A stretch of DNA of 64,000 bases from assembly GCA_025361145.1 (NCBI GenBank), contig JANYAV010000015.1:38699-102698 (forward strand), in the 5' to 3' direction. Below, in pieces: positions 39,088 to 47,495 of this stretch. The notes beneath the pieces were generated by a model. That model saw only the letters and a list, made by a program, of their open reading frames with translations. It was not told the DNA's origin and did not search any database. This DNA is from Dehalococcoidia bacterium (GTDB taxonomy: Bacteria; Chloroflexota; Dehalococcoidia; Dehalococcoidales; UBA3254). How positions within the stretch are numbered: position 1 is the first letter of the stretch; every line of letters starts with the position of its first letter. Position numbers and translations under genes: made by a program.

Positions 39088-40551
39088 ATGAAGAGCGATT
39101 TTCTGCTCGCAATAACTCAACTCTCAGCTGAGAAGAATTTACCTAAAGAGGTAATACTGGGTGCGGTAGAATCCGCCCTGGTATCCGCTTATCGCAAAGA
39201 GCACTTTCATCTCAACCAGAATCTATCCGTGAAAATCAGTCCTGTCACGGGTAAGGTAGAGGTCTGGGCGGAAAAAACGGTTGTAGAAAAAGTGGCAGAC
39301 GACCGTTCCGAAGTCACCTTGAGCCAGGCTAAAAAAGTCAATCCGGAGGCCAAACTGGGTGATCTCCTGATGATTGAGTCAACTCCCGAGAACGCCGGGC
39401 GTATCGCCGCTCAAACTGCCAAGCAGGTTATCTTACAACGTTTACACGAAGCCGAACATACCGCCATTTTTGATGAGTATGCCGGCAAATCCAATGATAT
39501 TATTAACGGCGTGATTCAGCGCCTTGAAGCCAAACAGGTTTTTATCAATCTGGGACGCACAGAGGCCGTATTACCGCCTAATGAACAGACTCCGGGAGAA
39601 AGGTATCGTATCGGCCAGAGGCTGCGCGTCTTCGTTGTAGAAGTCGCCCGCACTCCCAAAGGGCCCAAGGTCATCGTCTCGCGCTCACATCCCCACCTCC
39701 TACGCAGGCTTTTTGAGTTGGAAGTCCCGGAGGTTTTTAACGGGATTGTTGAAATAAAATCTATCGCCCGCGAAGCTGGATTCCGCAGCAAAGTAGCCGT
39801 TGCCGCTCGTCAGGAAGGTATCGACCCTGTCGGCTGTTGCGTAGGTTTGCGTGGTATTCGTATTCAAAATATAGTCAATGAATTGAACGGCGAGAAAATT
39901 GATGTGGTAGCCTGGAATAAGGAAATTCCGACTTTCATCGCTAACTCGCTCAGCCCCGCTCAGGTACTAAAAGTCGAATTAAACAATGATATCGCGACCG
40001 TGGTGGTACCGGATAGGCATCTTTCTCTGGCCATCGGTAAAGACGGACAAAATGCCAGACTGGCAGCCAAACTCACCGGCTGGAGAATTGATATTAAGAG
40101 TGCTTCATCGGTTGAAGCTGAAATTGCTGCTAAAGCACCTCCTCCAACTGAAGTTGTCCCGGCAGAACCAGTAGCTCCTGTTCAGGCAGAGATCCCTGCT
40201 GTCACCAAACACGCCGCTGTCAAAGAACCGGCGCCTCAGCCTGCTCCTGTGGTTGCTGAGAAACCCCTTACCGCTGAAGAGAAAGCTTTACTGGAAGATA
40301 TGATGGCTGAGTCCAGGCAAGAAGCTAAATCCGGTGGGGAAAAGGAAGTAAGTCAGGCTGAAACAGTGCTTAGCAGCACCTTTATCCCTCGCCGTATCAT
40401 TCAACCCAGAGACGAAAGTAAAACTACTATCCGTTTCGCTGAGGACATCTTCACTAATCGGCCAGGCCGTACCGAAGATAAGACGCGTAAGAAAAAGAAG
40501 AAGCATACCAGTAAAGGCAAAGCCACAGGGAGCGGAGATGACGAAGGATAG
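39088..40551 (+). CDS. nusA: Transcription termination/antitermination factor NusA (long low-complexity C-terminal tail)
   Basis: S1 plus two KH domains ([22 protein letters not shown]). Last ~140 aa are Pro/Ala/Lys-rich. Confidence 0.95.
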   Translation: MKSDFLLAITQLSAEKNLPKEVILGAVESALVSAYRKEHFHLNQNLSVKISPVTGKVEVWAEKTVVEKVADDRSEVTLSQAKKVNPEAKLGDLLMIESTPENAGRIAAQTAKQVILQRLHEAEHTAIFDEYAGKSNDIINGVIQRLEAKQVFINLGRTEAVLPPNEQTPGERYRIGQRLRVFVVEVARTPKGPKVIVSRSHPHLLRRLFELEVPEVFNGIVEIKSIAREAGFRSKVAVAARQEGIDPVGCCVGLRGIRIQNIVNELNGEKIDVVAWNKEIPTFIANSLSPAQVLKVELNNDIATVVVPDRHLSLAIGKDGQNARLAAKLTGWRIDIKSASSVEAEIAAKAPPPTEVVPAEPVAPVQAEIPAVTKHAAVKEPAPQPAPVVAEKPLTAEEKALLEDMMAESRQEAKSGGEKEVSQAETVLSSTFIPRRIIQPRDESKTTIRFAEDIFTNRPGRTEDKTRKKKKKHTSKGKATGSGDDEG

Positions 40552-40849
40552 GCCTTCCGCCGCTCCGTCTAAGCATGTCCCGCAGAGGACCTGTATCGCT
40601 TGCCGCAAGACCGGGGTCAAACGGGAGCTGGTACGTTTAGTTAATGTGCCCGGTGTTGCCGTAGTGGTGGATCCAACCGGGAAAAAGTCCGGTCGTGGAG
40701 CTTATTTGTGCCAGTCACGCGTCTGCTGGGAAAATGCCCTCAAAACGGGTCGTCTGGCACAGGCGCTCCGCACCGAAATCAGCCCGGATACTAAAGCTAA
40801 GCTGTTAAATTACACAGCGGCTTTCGATAATATACAACCGCATTTCTGA
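40538..40849 (+). CDS. ylxR: YlxR/RnpM-family RNA-binding protein (DUF448)
   Basis: PQRTCIACRK...GRGAYLC. Confidence 0.85.
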   Translation: MTKDRPSAAPSKHVPQRTCIACRKTGVKRELVRLVNVPGVAVVVDPTGKKSGRGAYLCQSRVCWENALKTGRLAQALRTEISPDTKAKLLNYTAAFDNIQPHF

Positions 40850-40954
40850 CCTAACCTCCAGCTCAACCCTGAACAAGGCTGAGAGATGTCATGGTCAGTG
40901 GCTTTGTGGTATGATGTCCTTCAGAGACAGGGGATATTAAAGGAGTTTAACTGA

Positions 40955-42766
40955 TTGGCGAATGTTGGAAAATCCGGTGAAATTAAAGTGAGCGAGCGCT
41001 CTAGTACCACGAACGCGCCTATCATTGAGCTCCCCGCTTCTATCACTGTCAAAGACCTGGCTGATCTGTTGCATATTACCTCTATTGAAGCCATCAAGCA
41101 ATTGATGCGCAACGGTATTATGGCCAGTATCAATCAGATTGTGAATTATGATGTAGCCTCGTTAGTTGCCAGTGGTTTCGGCTATGAAGTTAAACCCAAA
41201 GCCAAGGCCAAAGTCTCAGCCAGCGCGGCTATTAGAATCAAGAAACAGGTCAAAGAAGATAAAGGTGCGGACATGCAGTCTCGTCCGCCTGTCGTCACTA
41301 TCATGGGACACGTTGACCACGGTAAGACCCGTTTGCTGGACGCCATCCGTCAGGCTAATGTCATGGAGTCGGAAGCCGGCGGTATTACTCAGCATATCGG
41401 AGCCTATCAGGTTGAAATAAATGGCAAAAAAGTCACTTTCCTGGATACTCCCGGCCATGAAGCCTTTACCGCCATGCGCGCCCGTGGTGCCCAGGTTACC
41501 GATATTGCGGTCCTGGTAGTAGCAGCCGATGACGGTGTTATGCCGCAAACTCTGGAAGCTATGAACCACGCTAAAGCAGCTGGCGTACCGATTATCGTGG
41601 CCATTAACAAGATTGATAAACCGGAAGCCACCCCGGAGGTAGTTAAACAACAACTGGCTGCTAACGGTCTAGTGGTTGAAGAATGGGGCGGTGATGTCAT
41701 CGCAGTAGGCGTTTCTGCCAAAGAAAAGACCGGCATTTCCGAGCTTTTAGAGAATATCCTGCTGCTGGCCGAAATGGAAGACCTTAAAGCTAATCCGGAT
41801 AAGCCGGCCACCGGTGTAGTTATTGAAGCTGAGATGGATAAGACTCGCGGTCCTCTGGCCACCGTACTGGTGCAGAATGGTACCTTGAAGCCTGGCGATA
41901 TTCTGGTGGTTGGCACTACCATGGGTAAGATCAAGGCCATGTTTAACGATAAAGGTAAACAGGTCAGAAAAGCTGAGCCTGCGACGCCCGTTTCTATTCT
42001 GGGTCTCAGCGAAGTCCCTGGAGTTGGTGATGCTTTTAATGCCGTGGCTGACGAAGCCCAGGCCAGGATCATGATCCAGAAACGCCAGATTGCTCAAAAA
42101 CTGCCTGAATCGAAAGGTCTCAGGTTGGATACCGTCTTTAAAGATATTACCTCCGGTAAGGTCAAAGAACTGGCCATCATTTTGAAGGCCGATGTACAGG
42201 GCAGCGTGGAGCCTATCCGCAATTCGTTGGAGAAGCTCTCTTCCGCGGAAGTCCAGCTCAAAATCATCCACAGCTCAGTCGGTAAGATCACTGAGGGAGA
42301 TGTGATGCTGGCGGTTGCTTCTAACGGCCTGGTCATCGGTTTTAACACTGAAGTAGATACCGGCGCTCGCCGCCTGGCGGATGCCCAGAATATCGATATT
42401 CGGGTTTACGGTATTATTTATGCCTTGATTGACGATGTTGAAAAAGCCCTAAAGGGTATGCTGGAACCTGTCATTGTTGAAGTTATCGAAGGCCGGGCGG
42501 AAGTCAAACAAATCTTCTCCGGCGGTAAGGGTTTGAAAGCCGGGGGCTGCATGGTGATTGAAGGTAGAATCAGTCGTAACCTGCCCGTTCGCGTCATCCG
42601 CAAAGGTAAAGTAATAGCGGAAGCTCCTATCCTCAGCCTGCGGCGCTTTAAAGATGACGTCAAAGATGTCGAGAAGGGATTCGAATGCGGTATCGGCCTT
42701 AAAGATTTTAACGATTTGGCGGTCGGCGATATTCTTGAATCCTACACCAAGCAGAAAGCCACCTAA
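40955..42766 (+). CDS. infB: Translation initiation factor IF-2
   Basis: [29 protein letters not shown] start 9 nt after aaGGAG. Confidence 0.95.
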   Translation: MANVGKSGEIKVSERSSTTNAPIIELPASITVKDLADLLHITSIEAIKQLMRNGIMASINQIVNYDVASLVASGFGYEVKPKAKAKVSASAAIRIKKQVKEDKGADMQSRPPVVTIMGHVDHGKTRLLDAIRQANVMESEAGGITQHIGAYQVEINGKKVTFLDTPGHEAFTAMRARGAQVTDIAVLVVAADDGVMPQTLEAMNHAKAAGVPIIVAINKIDKPEATPEVVKQQLAANGLVVEEWGGDVIAVGVSAKEKTGISELLENILLLAEMEDLKANPDKPATGVVIEAEMDKTRGPLATVLVQNGTLKPGDILVVGTTMGKIKAMFNDKGKQVRKAEPATPVSILGLSEVPGVGDAFNAVADEAQARIMIQKRQIAQKLPESKGLRLDTVFKDITSGKVKELAIILKADVQGSVEPIRNSLEKLSSAEVQLKIIHSSVGKITEGDVMLAVASNGLVIGFNTEVDTGARRLADAQNIDIRVYGIIYALIDDVEKALKGMLEPVIVEVIEGRAEVKQIFSGGKGLKAGGCMVIEGRISRNLPVRVIRKGKVIAEAPILSLRRFKDDVKDVEKGFECGIGLKDFNDLAVGDILESYTKQKAT

Positions 42767-42822
42767 GGGTTGACTGTCCGGTTATTATATGATGTTTATT
42801 ATTTCCTTTACACGTCCGGGAA

Positions 42823-42851
42823 CTTAATCACTTTTTACTTTTAACTTATCG
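42823..42851 (+). repeat. Weak CTT-phased heptad tract between infB and rbfA
   Basis: CTT recurs at 42823, 42831, 42838, 42845 (spacing 8, 7, 7). Confidence 0.3.
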
Positions 42852-42859
42852 AGGTTTTT

Positions 42860-43234
42860 ATGCCCCAGACCCATCGCATAGATAAAGTTAATCAGCTTAT
42901 ACGCCAGGAATTGGCCGATTTGCTGCTGAGGGAGACTAAAGATCCCAGGTTAAGCGGGTATATTGGCATCAATTCCGTGACCACTACCCCCGATCTGCGT
43001 TACGCCAAGGTAATGGTGAGCTGTGTTTGTGATGAAACCAAACAGAAGGATATTTTAGCCGCTCTCGAACATTCAGCCGGGTTTTTCCGCAGCGAAATGG
43101 CCAAGCATTTCTCGATGCGGCGCGTCCCTGAGTTGAGTTTTGTCTGGGACAAATCCATTGAGCGCGGTGCCGATCTGCTGTCCTATATGGATAAAGTCCT
43201 CGGGCCAGACGCCTCTAAAAAAGAAGAAAAATAG
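42860..43234 (+). CDS. rbfA: Ribosome-binding factor A
   Basis: RIDKVNQLIRQEL...RVPELSFVWD. Confidence 0.9.
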   Translation: MPQTHRIDKVNQLIRQELADLLLRETKDPRLSGYIGINSVTTTPDLRYAKVMVSCVCDETKQKDILAALEHSAGFFRSEMAKHFSMRRVPELSFVWDKSIERGADLLSYMDKVLGPDASKKEEK

Positions 43235-43268
43235 CTATTTACTAAATACTAATAACAACTGGTTGTTT

Positions 43269-44213
43269 ATGGATGGCATCCTCAATATCAACAAACCTCA
43301 GGACCTGACCTCTTTTGATATCGTAGCACGAGTTAAGAGGATTACCGGCGAGCGTCACACCGGTCATGCCGGGACGCTGGACCCCCTGGCTACCGGAGTC
43401 CTCCCCATCTGTTTAGGTAAGGCCACCCGTATCATAGAGTATCTTTTTGATGAGACCAAGACCTATCTGGCTGAGATAGAATTAGGGATCACTACCGACA
43501 CTTACGATTCTACCGGTAAAGTCAACAAGACTGCGGATGCCTCTTCTATTACCCGTGAAAAGGTTGAGTCAGTACTGGCGGCTTTCCGCGGCAGTATTTT
43601 ACAGACTCCCCCCATGTACAGCGCTCTCAAGCATAATGGCACACCCCTCTATAAACTGGCCCGCGAAGGTATTGAGGTGGAAAGGAAGAGCCGTCCGGCT
43701 CAGATCGATAAGTTGGAGATTACAACTTGGAAACCGTGCATTTTCGGTCTGGAGGTGGTTTGCGGCAAGGGTACCTATATCCGCTCCCTGGCCCATGATA
43801 TTGGAGAAGCTCTGGGTTGCGGGGCTATTATGAAGAACCTGGTGCGCAGCAGGGTGGGACCTTTCAATCTGGAGGAATCCATTACCCTCGAGCAGTTGCA
43901 AGAGACCACCAATAAGGGTTACGCGGAGCGCTACCTGTATCCGCTTGATTATGCCCTACAGGCGTTTGATGCCTTGGTGGTAAATCATGAACAGCAATGT
44001 TCTCTAATCCACGGTATGCCCATCAGCCTTGAGACGCATCAACCCGCCGCCATCAGTAGAGTCTACAACCAGGATGGCGGGTTCGTCGGTATGGTGACCT
44101 GGGACGCCGTCAACCTTCGTTGGCAGGCCCATAAAATCTTTATCCAGCAATGCTGCCAGCAAGCGGCCTCTGATCTTGAAAAAACCTCTGACCTCCTCAA
44201 TCCTGAATCCTGA
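43269..44213 (+). CDS. truB: tRNA pseudouridine-55 synthase
   Basis: MDGILNINKP...GHAGTLDPLATGVL. ATG 43269 chosen; the upstream part of the track ORF overlaps rbfA. Confidence 0.92.
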   Translation: MDGILNINKPQDLTSFDIVARVKRITGERHTGHAGTLDPLATGVLPICLGKATRIIEYLFDETKTYLAEIELGITTDTYDSTGKVNKTADASSITREKVESVLAAFRGSILQTPPMYSALKHNGTPLYKLAREGIEVERKSRPAQIDKLEITTWKPCIFGLEVVCGKGTYIRSLAHDIGEALGCGAIMKNLVRSRVGPFNLEESITLEQLQETTNKGYAERYLYPLDYALQAFDALVVNHEQQCSLIHGMPISLETHQPAAISRVYNQDGGFVGMVTWDAVNLRWQAHKIFIQQCCQQAASDLEKTSDLLNPES

Positions 44214-44275
44214 GCATCTCAGGGCGGAGTGGACTAGAAACTCGAAGCTCACCGCTCGTTACTTTTGCCTTTCCC
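44213..44275 (+). repeat. 3'-intergenic element copy B (CAGGG module plus six CT-phased heptads)
   Basis: agcatctcagggcggagtggact, then ctagaaa ctcgaag ctcaccg ctcgtta cttttgc ctttccc. Confidence 0.6.
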
Positions 44276-44300
44276 CCGCTCTTTGTGTTATCCTCAAACC

Positions 44301-44969
44301 ATGATTCAGGATTTTCACACTCATACCTCGTTAAGTGATGGCGAGCTTTCGCCCATGGAGATGATCAGGCGGGCAGCGGTGGCAGGTTATAAAACGCTGG
44401 CGCTCACTGACCACGCCTCGACTGGAGATATGCAGCGGATTGTGCCTGAGATTGTCCAGGTCTGCGCGCTGGCGCGCAAACACTGGGACATTCTGGCTAT
44501 CCCGGGGATTGAGATAACACACGCACCGGCTAAGTCTATCTCTGCTCTCGCTAAAGAAGCTAAAAAACTGGGGGCCTGGATTGTGGTAGTTCACGGCGAG
44601 ACTCCCGTAGAACCTGTTGAAAAAGGCACTAACCTGGCCGCGCTTAAGAGTCCCTATGTTGATGTTCTGGCCCATCCGGGTTTTATTACCTTGGTGGAAG
44701 GCCAACTGGCGGCCAAAAATGGGATTTATCTCGAGATTACCGCACGTAAAGGGCATTCCCTGACCAATGGACATGTAGCTAAAATGGCTTTGCAGACCGG
44801 AGCGAAGATGATCGTGGATTCCGATGCTCATACCGATAGTGATCTGCTGACTCTTGACTTCGCCGGTTTGGTTTTGAGGGGAGCGGGAGTGGAAGGGGCC
44901 GTGGTCTGGGAAGTCCTGACTGCTAACGCGGATCAGCTGGTTAAAAAGATTACCGCCGATAAAAAATAG
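44301..44969 (+). CDS. PHP-domain phosphoesterase (histidinol-phosphatase family)
   Basis: DFHTHTSLSDG, LTDH, VVHGE, DSDAH metal-ligand motifs. Confidence 0.75.
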   Translation: MIQDFHTHTSLSDGELSPMEMIRRAAVAGYKTLALTDHASTGDMQRIVPEIVQVCALARKHWDILAIPGIEITHAPAKSISALAKEAKKLGAWIVVVHGETPVEPVEKGTNLAALKSPYVDVLAHPGFITLVEGQLAAKNGIYLEITARKGHSLTNGHVAKMALQTGAKMIVDSDAHTDSDLLTLDFAGLVLRGAGVEGAVVWEVLTANADQLVKKITADKK

Positions 44970-45030
44970 AGGCTTGAAGGTCCAAACCGACCCATCTCTT
45001 GTCATGCTGGAGGAGGGCTAAGTCCGACGA

Positions 45031-45079
45031 AGCATCTCAGGGTGGGGTGGACTCGAAACTATAAACTATAAACTCGCTT
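45031..45079 (+). repeat. 3'-intergenic element copy C
   Basis: agcatctcagggtggggtggact, then ctcgaaa ctataaa ctataaa ctcgctt. 27/30 identical to copy B over the first 30 nt. Confidence 0.6.
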
Positions 45080-45512
45080 ATTTCTTCTCTACCGTCAGTG
45101 TTAAGCCCTCGACTCCTTTAATAGTGACCTCTTGCTCAGTCAGAATTTTACCTGATGCTGATATCGCTCTCCAGAGTTCTCCCATATAAAGGACCGTCCC
45201 TTCAGGATCCAGCGCTGTTTGGGCTACGGCGGTTTTACCGATTAAATCTTCCTTACCGGTAGCTACCTGGTGATGATAACTATTACGTATTCTGGAGACA
45301 GCGAAAGTTAAAGCTCCTGCTAATATCAGCAATATGAGGATCACCAGCCACCAGTTTACCTGGAGCGGACGCAAATCCGGACTCGTCAAAAATAACACGC
45401 CGATAATTATGAAGATGATGCCCAGGGCAATAAGCAAATGTGAACCGGTGAAAAATTCGCCGATTATCAAGCCTAAACCTAATATCAGTAAAAGAATGCT
45501 TAAAGCTACCAT
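45078..45512 (-). CDS. NfeD-family membrane protein
   Basis: N-terminal TM segments plus C-terminal OB-like GTVLYMGELWRAIS...VTIKGVEGLTLTV. Confidence 0.8.
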   Translation of the reverse strand: MVALSILLLILGLGLIIGEFFTGSHLLIALGIIFIIIGVLFLTSPDLRPLQVNWWLVILILLILAGALTFAVSRIRNSYHHQVATGKEDLIGKTAVAQTALDPEGTVLYMGELWRAISASGKILTEQEVTIKGVEGLTLTVEKK

Positions 45513-45558
45513 CTTTTAGCCTCTTTATTTAAATATTCAGGTTACTTTTATTATAGAT

Positions 45559-45741
45559 TCAATTTAGCCTGTGTTTATTTTTTCCAAATAAATCCACCAG
45601 AATCAATACCAAACATATCGCCAGGAAGATAGCAGGCACAGCCAAAACCACATCACCCCAACCCAATCTGCCGCTAAAAAAAGAAGCAAAGATAAAAGTT
45701 ACAACTCCAATAGCACCTGTTACCCATTTTGCTGTATTCAT
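45559..45741 (-). CDS. Small two-TM membrane protein
   Basis: 60-aa hydrophobic ORF. No homology recognised. Confidence 0.4.
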   Translation of the reverse strand: MNTAKWVTGAIGVVTFIFASFFSGRLGWGDVVLAVPAIFLAICLVLILVDLFGKNKHRLN

Positions 45742-45761
45742 GTTGCCAATTCTACCATAAT

Positions 45762-46184
45762 CTATCTTTTATAATGCTCCAGCTGGAAAATCGCCTGATC
45801 CACCGGCGAGTTGGCGGTGAAATGTTGAGCCAGCTGGGTGATGATGGCTTTGAATTCATCCTCGGAGAGATCGGCCTTCATTTCATGGATCAGGGCGGCG
45901 GTAACGACCAGCACTGCCCCTTTCCTCAGGGCGGTCAGATCGAAGGTGATGTAGCGGGGGTCGCGGACGTTATCATCGTTCAGGCGGATGCCGGAGTAGT
46001 AGCAGCGGAAGCATTTATCTTCTTTGTCCCAGGCCTTGCGCAACGCATTAACGCGGGCGGCCAGTTCCGCTTTTTCGCGGGTTTCCACTCTGGCCATGAT
46101 ATTGCCGCAGCGCCGGCAGTAGGTAGCCAGAGAATTTCTTAAAACGTCGTCGCAAATTATGCATTTAGAAACAGACGGTCCCAT
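45762..46184 (-). CDS. Zinc-ribbon protein with a degenerate HNH-like C-terminal region
   Basis: CIICD...CRRCG ribbon. CFRCYYSGIRL...ITFDLTALRKGA...VVTAALIHEMKADLSEDEF aligns by eye to the HNH template with catalytic and Zn residues replaced. Confidence 0.55.
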   Translation of the reverse strand: MGPSVSKCIICDDVLRNSLATYCRRCGNIMARVETREKAELAARVNALRKAWDKEDKCFRCYYSGIRLNDDNVRDPRYITFDLTALRKGAVLVVTAALIHEMKADLSEDEFKAIITQLAQHFTANSPVDQAIFQLEHYKR

Positions 46185-46272
46185 AAATCTTCACCTCTAC
46201 GTTATTATCTAGTTTAGCAGAAATGGATGATAGGAGCGAGCTTCACCCTTTGAGTAATAGCTTCATTGTCAT

Positions 46273-46386
46273 TTAGCGATAGGGATCTTTGCGATGGCTA
46301 ATATCCATAATAAACACCAGCGTTTTAGCAGAATCAATGGTGTAGAAAACACTGTAATCACTATTCGGTAGCGATAAATTGAATAT
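46273..46386 (-). pseudogene. 5'-truncated RelE/ParE-family toxin remnant
   Basis: Translates to IFNLSLPNSDYSVFYTIDSAKTLVFIMDISHRKDPYR*. It begins at a stop 1 nt from the DUF3883 gene's stop codon. No start codon or N-terminal half is present. Confidence 0.55.
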
Positions 46387-46389
46387 TTA

Positions 46390-47238
46390 CTATTCTATTC
46401 TAGCTAGATATTCCACAGGTTCCAGATTGAACGACTTAGCCAATACTCCATTCTTGGTGAAGAGTTTAGGATCCCGTCTAAAGGTGAAATTTCGGTAGAG
46501 ATAATAACTGGAATCGGCTTTTACAGATTGTTCAATTTCATTCCGAGTTACATAGAAGGGAGTTAAAGAGCCATACGCTGTGGTTTTTACTTCAATCAAT
46601 CGGTCTTGCCCCGATTCCTCAAAAGACAATATATCGAATCCGGCGCTGTCTCCTATGGTTTTAGAGACATGCTCAATTTTAGAAGCCAAACGTTCTTGTT
46701 TGGCTTGTATCAGACGGGCTTGCTCGAACTTGATTACAAATTGTTCCCCGGCTAAACCCAAAGATTGATTTTTAGCTTCTTGTGCCAGATAATCCAGTCC
46801 TGTCCGAAATGGTTTAATCGATTGATGAGTAGCTAATTTATTAGAATCCAAATGATTTGCAACAGGTGGTTTTATCAATCTGGTCAAAATATCATCAACA
46901 CCAATAATTCTAGCTGGCGATTCAACTTGCTGTTTGATGTAGTCTACCAAGGTTTTATCGTTTTCCAGACGGTTGTAAACAATACTAAAAAGCATTTGCT
47001 GATAGTTTCCTAGAGGCTTATATCCATTGATAAACGGGAAGTCAATGTCACGTAAAACCGCGCTTATATTCTGATGTTTACGCTCAATGGCTCCTTCAGA
47101 GCGTTTGTTGAGTAACGCTACTAATTGGTGCCTATGCTCGGTCTTATTATAATCCTGCCCGTGCAATTCCTTGTCTAGCATATTGAAGTAGTCGGCAACT
47201 GTGGCTTCAACTTCTCCTTGGCTCCAATTTTCACCCAT
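46390..47238 (-). CDS. DUF3883 (restriction-endonuclease-like) domain protein with N-terminal helical domain
   Basis: C-terminal GFDILSFEESGQDRLIEVKTT...YYLYR pattern (PD-(D/E)xK-like). N-terminal RSEGAIERKHQNISAVL...GYKPLGNYQ. AT-rich gene. Confidence 0.75.
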   Translation of the reverse strand: MGENWSQGEVEATVADYFNMLDKELHGQDYNKTEHRHQLVALLNKRSEGAIERKHQNISAVLRDIDFPFINGYKPLGNYQQMLFSIVYNRLENDKTLVDYIKQQVESPARIIGVDDILTRLIKPPVANHLDSNKLATHQSIKPFRTGLDYLAQEAKNQSLGLAGEQFVIKFEQARLIQAKQERLASKIEHVSKTIGDSAGFDILSFEESGQDRLIEVKTTAYGSLTPFYVTRNEIEQSVKADSSYYLYRNFTFRRDPKLFTKNGVLAKSFNLEPVEYLARIE

Positions 47239-47350
47239 TTATTACACCTTATAGCATATTTTGCTTGTTAAAAGTATATCATACGATTTAGTTAGTTTCT
47301 TCTTTAAATGACGTCTTTTAACTGAACCTTCGGATGATGATATCAATTAA

Positions 47351-47477
47351 CTACGAGCTTCCAGCTTCGAGAGTCAAGCCCATCCCCTGAGATCCTTCAG
47401 CCTCGCCGATCGAGGCTTCCAGGATGACAGCAAAGCTGTCAGTTTAGAGTTAAGAGCTTCTAGCTACGAGTTTCGAG
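47351..47477 (-). repeat. Composite 3'-intergenic element copy D (two CT-phased heptad arrays flanking two hairpins and a CAGGGG module)
   Basis: Minus strand: ctcgaaa ctcgtag ctagaag ctcttaa ctctaaa ctgacag ctttgct ... CCTCGatcggCGAGG ... gatctcaggggatggg cttgact ctcgaag ctggaag ctcgtag. Confidence 0.65.
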
Positions 47478-47495
47478 AAAAAGGCATGATTACAC

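Noticed and set aside
41216-42348. Large antisense ORFs inside infB (145, 221, 174, 84 aa). The same applies to 55017..55838 and 56238..56930 (antisense to the helicase), 44331..45005 (antisense to the PHP gene), 29082..29591, 30980..31615, 3306..3779 and 13040..13456.
   Set aside because: Each lies opposite a gene with unmistakable family motifs. The translations are low-complexity or Arg/Ser/Pro-rich with no recognisable domains.
43140-43268. N-terminal 43 codons of the track ORF for truB
   Set aside because: This part overlaps the rbfA coding end and has no TruB similarity. MDGILNINKP at ATG 43269 is the canonical TruB N-terminus.
44213-45079. Repeats flanking the PHP gene considered as integron attC sites
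   Set aside because: No intI gene. The repeats lack the RYYYAAC/GTTRRRY inverse cores and the bulged attC stem.
47351-47477. CGAAAC motifs considered as hammerhead ribozyme cores
   Set aside because: No CUGAUGA box or appropriately placed stems I-III around any copy.
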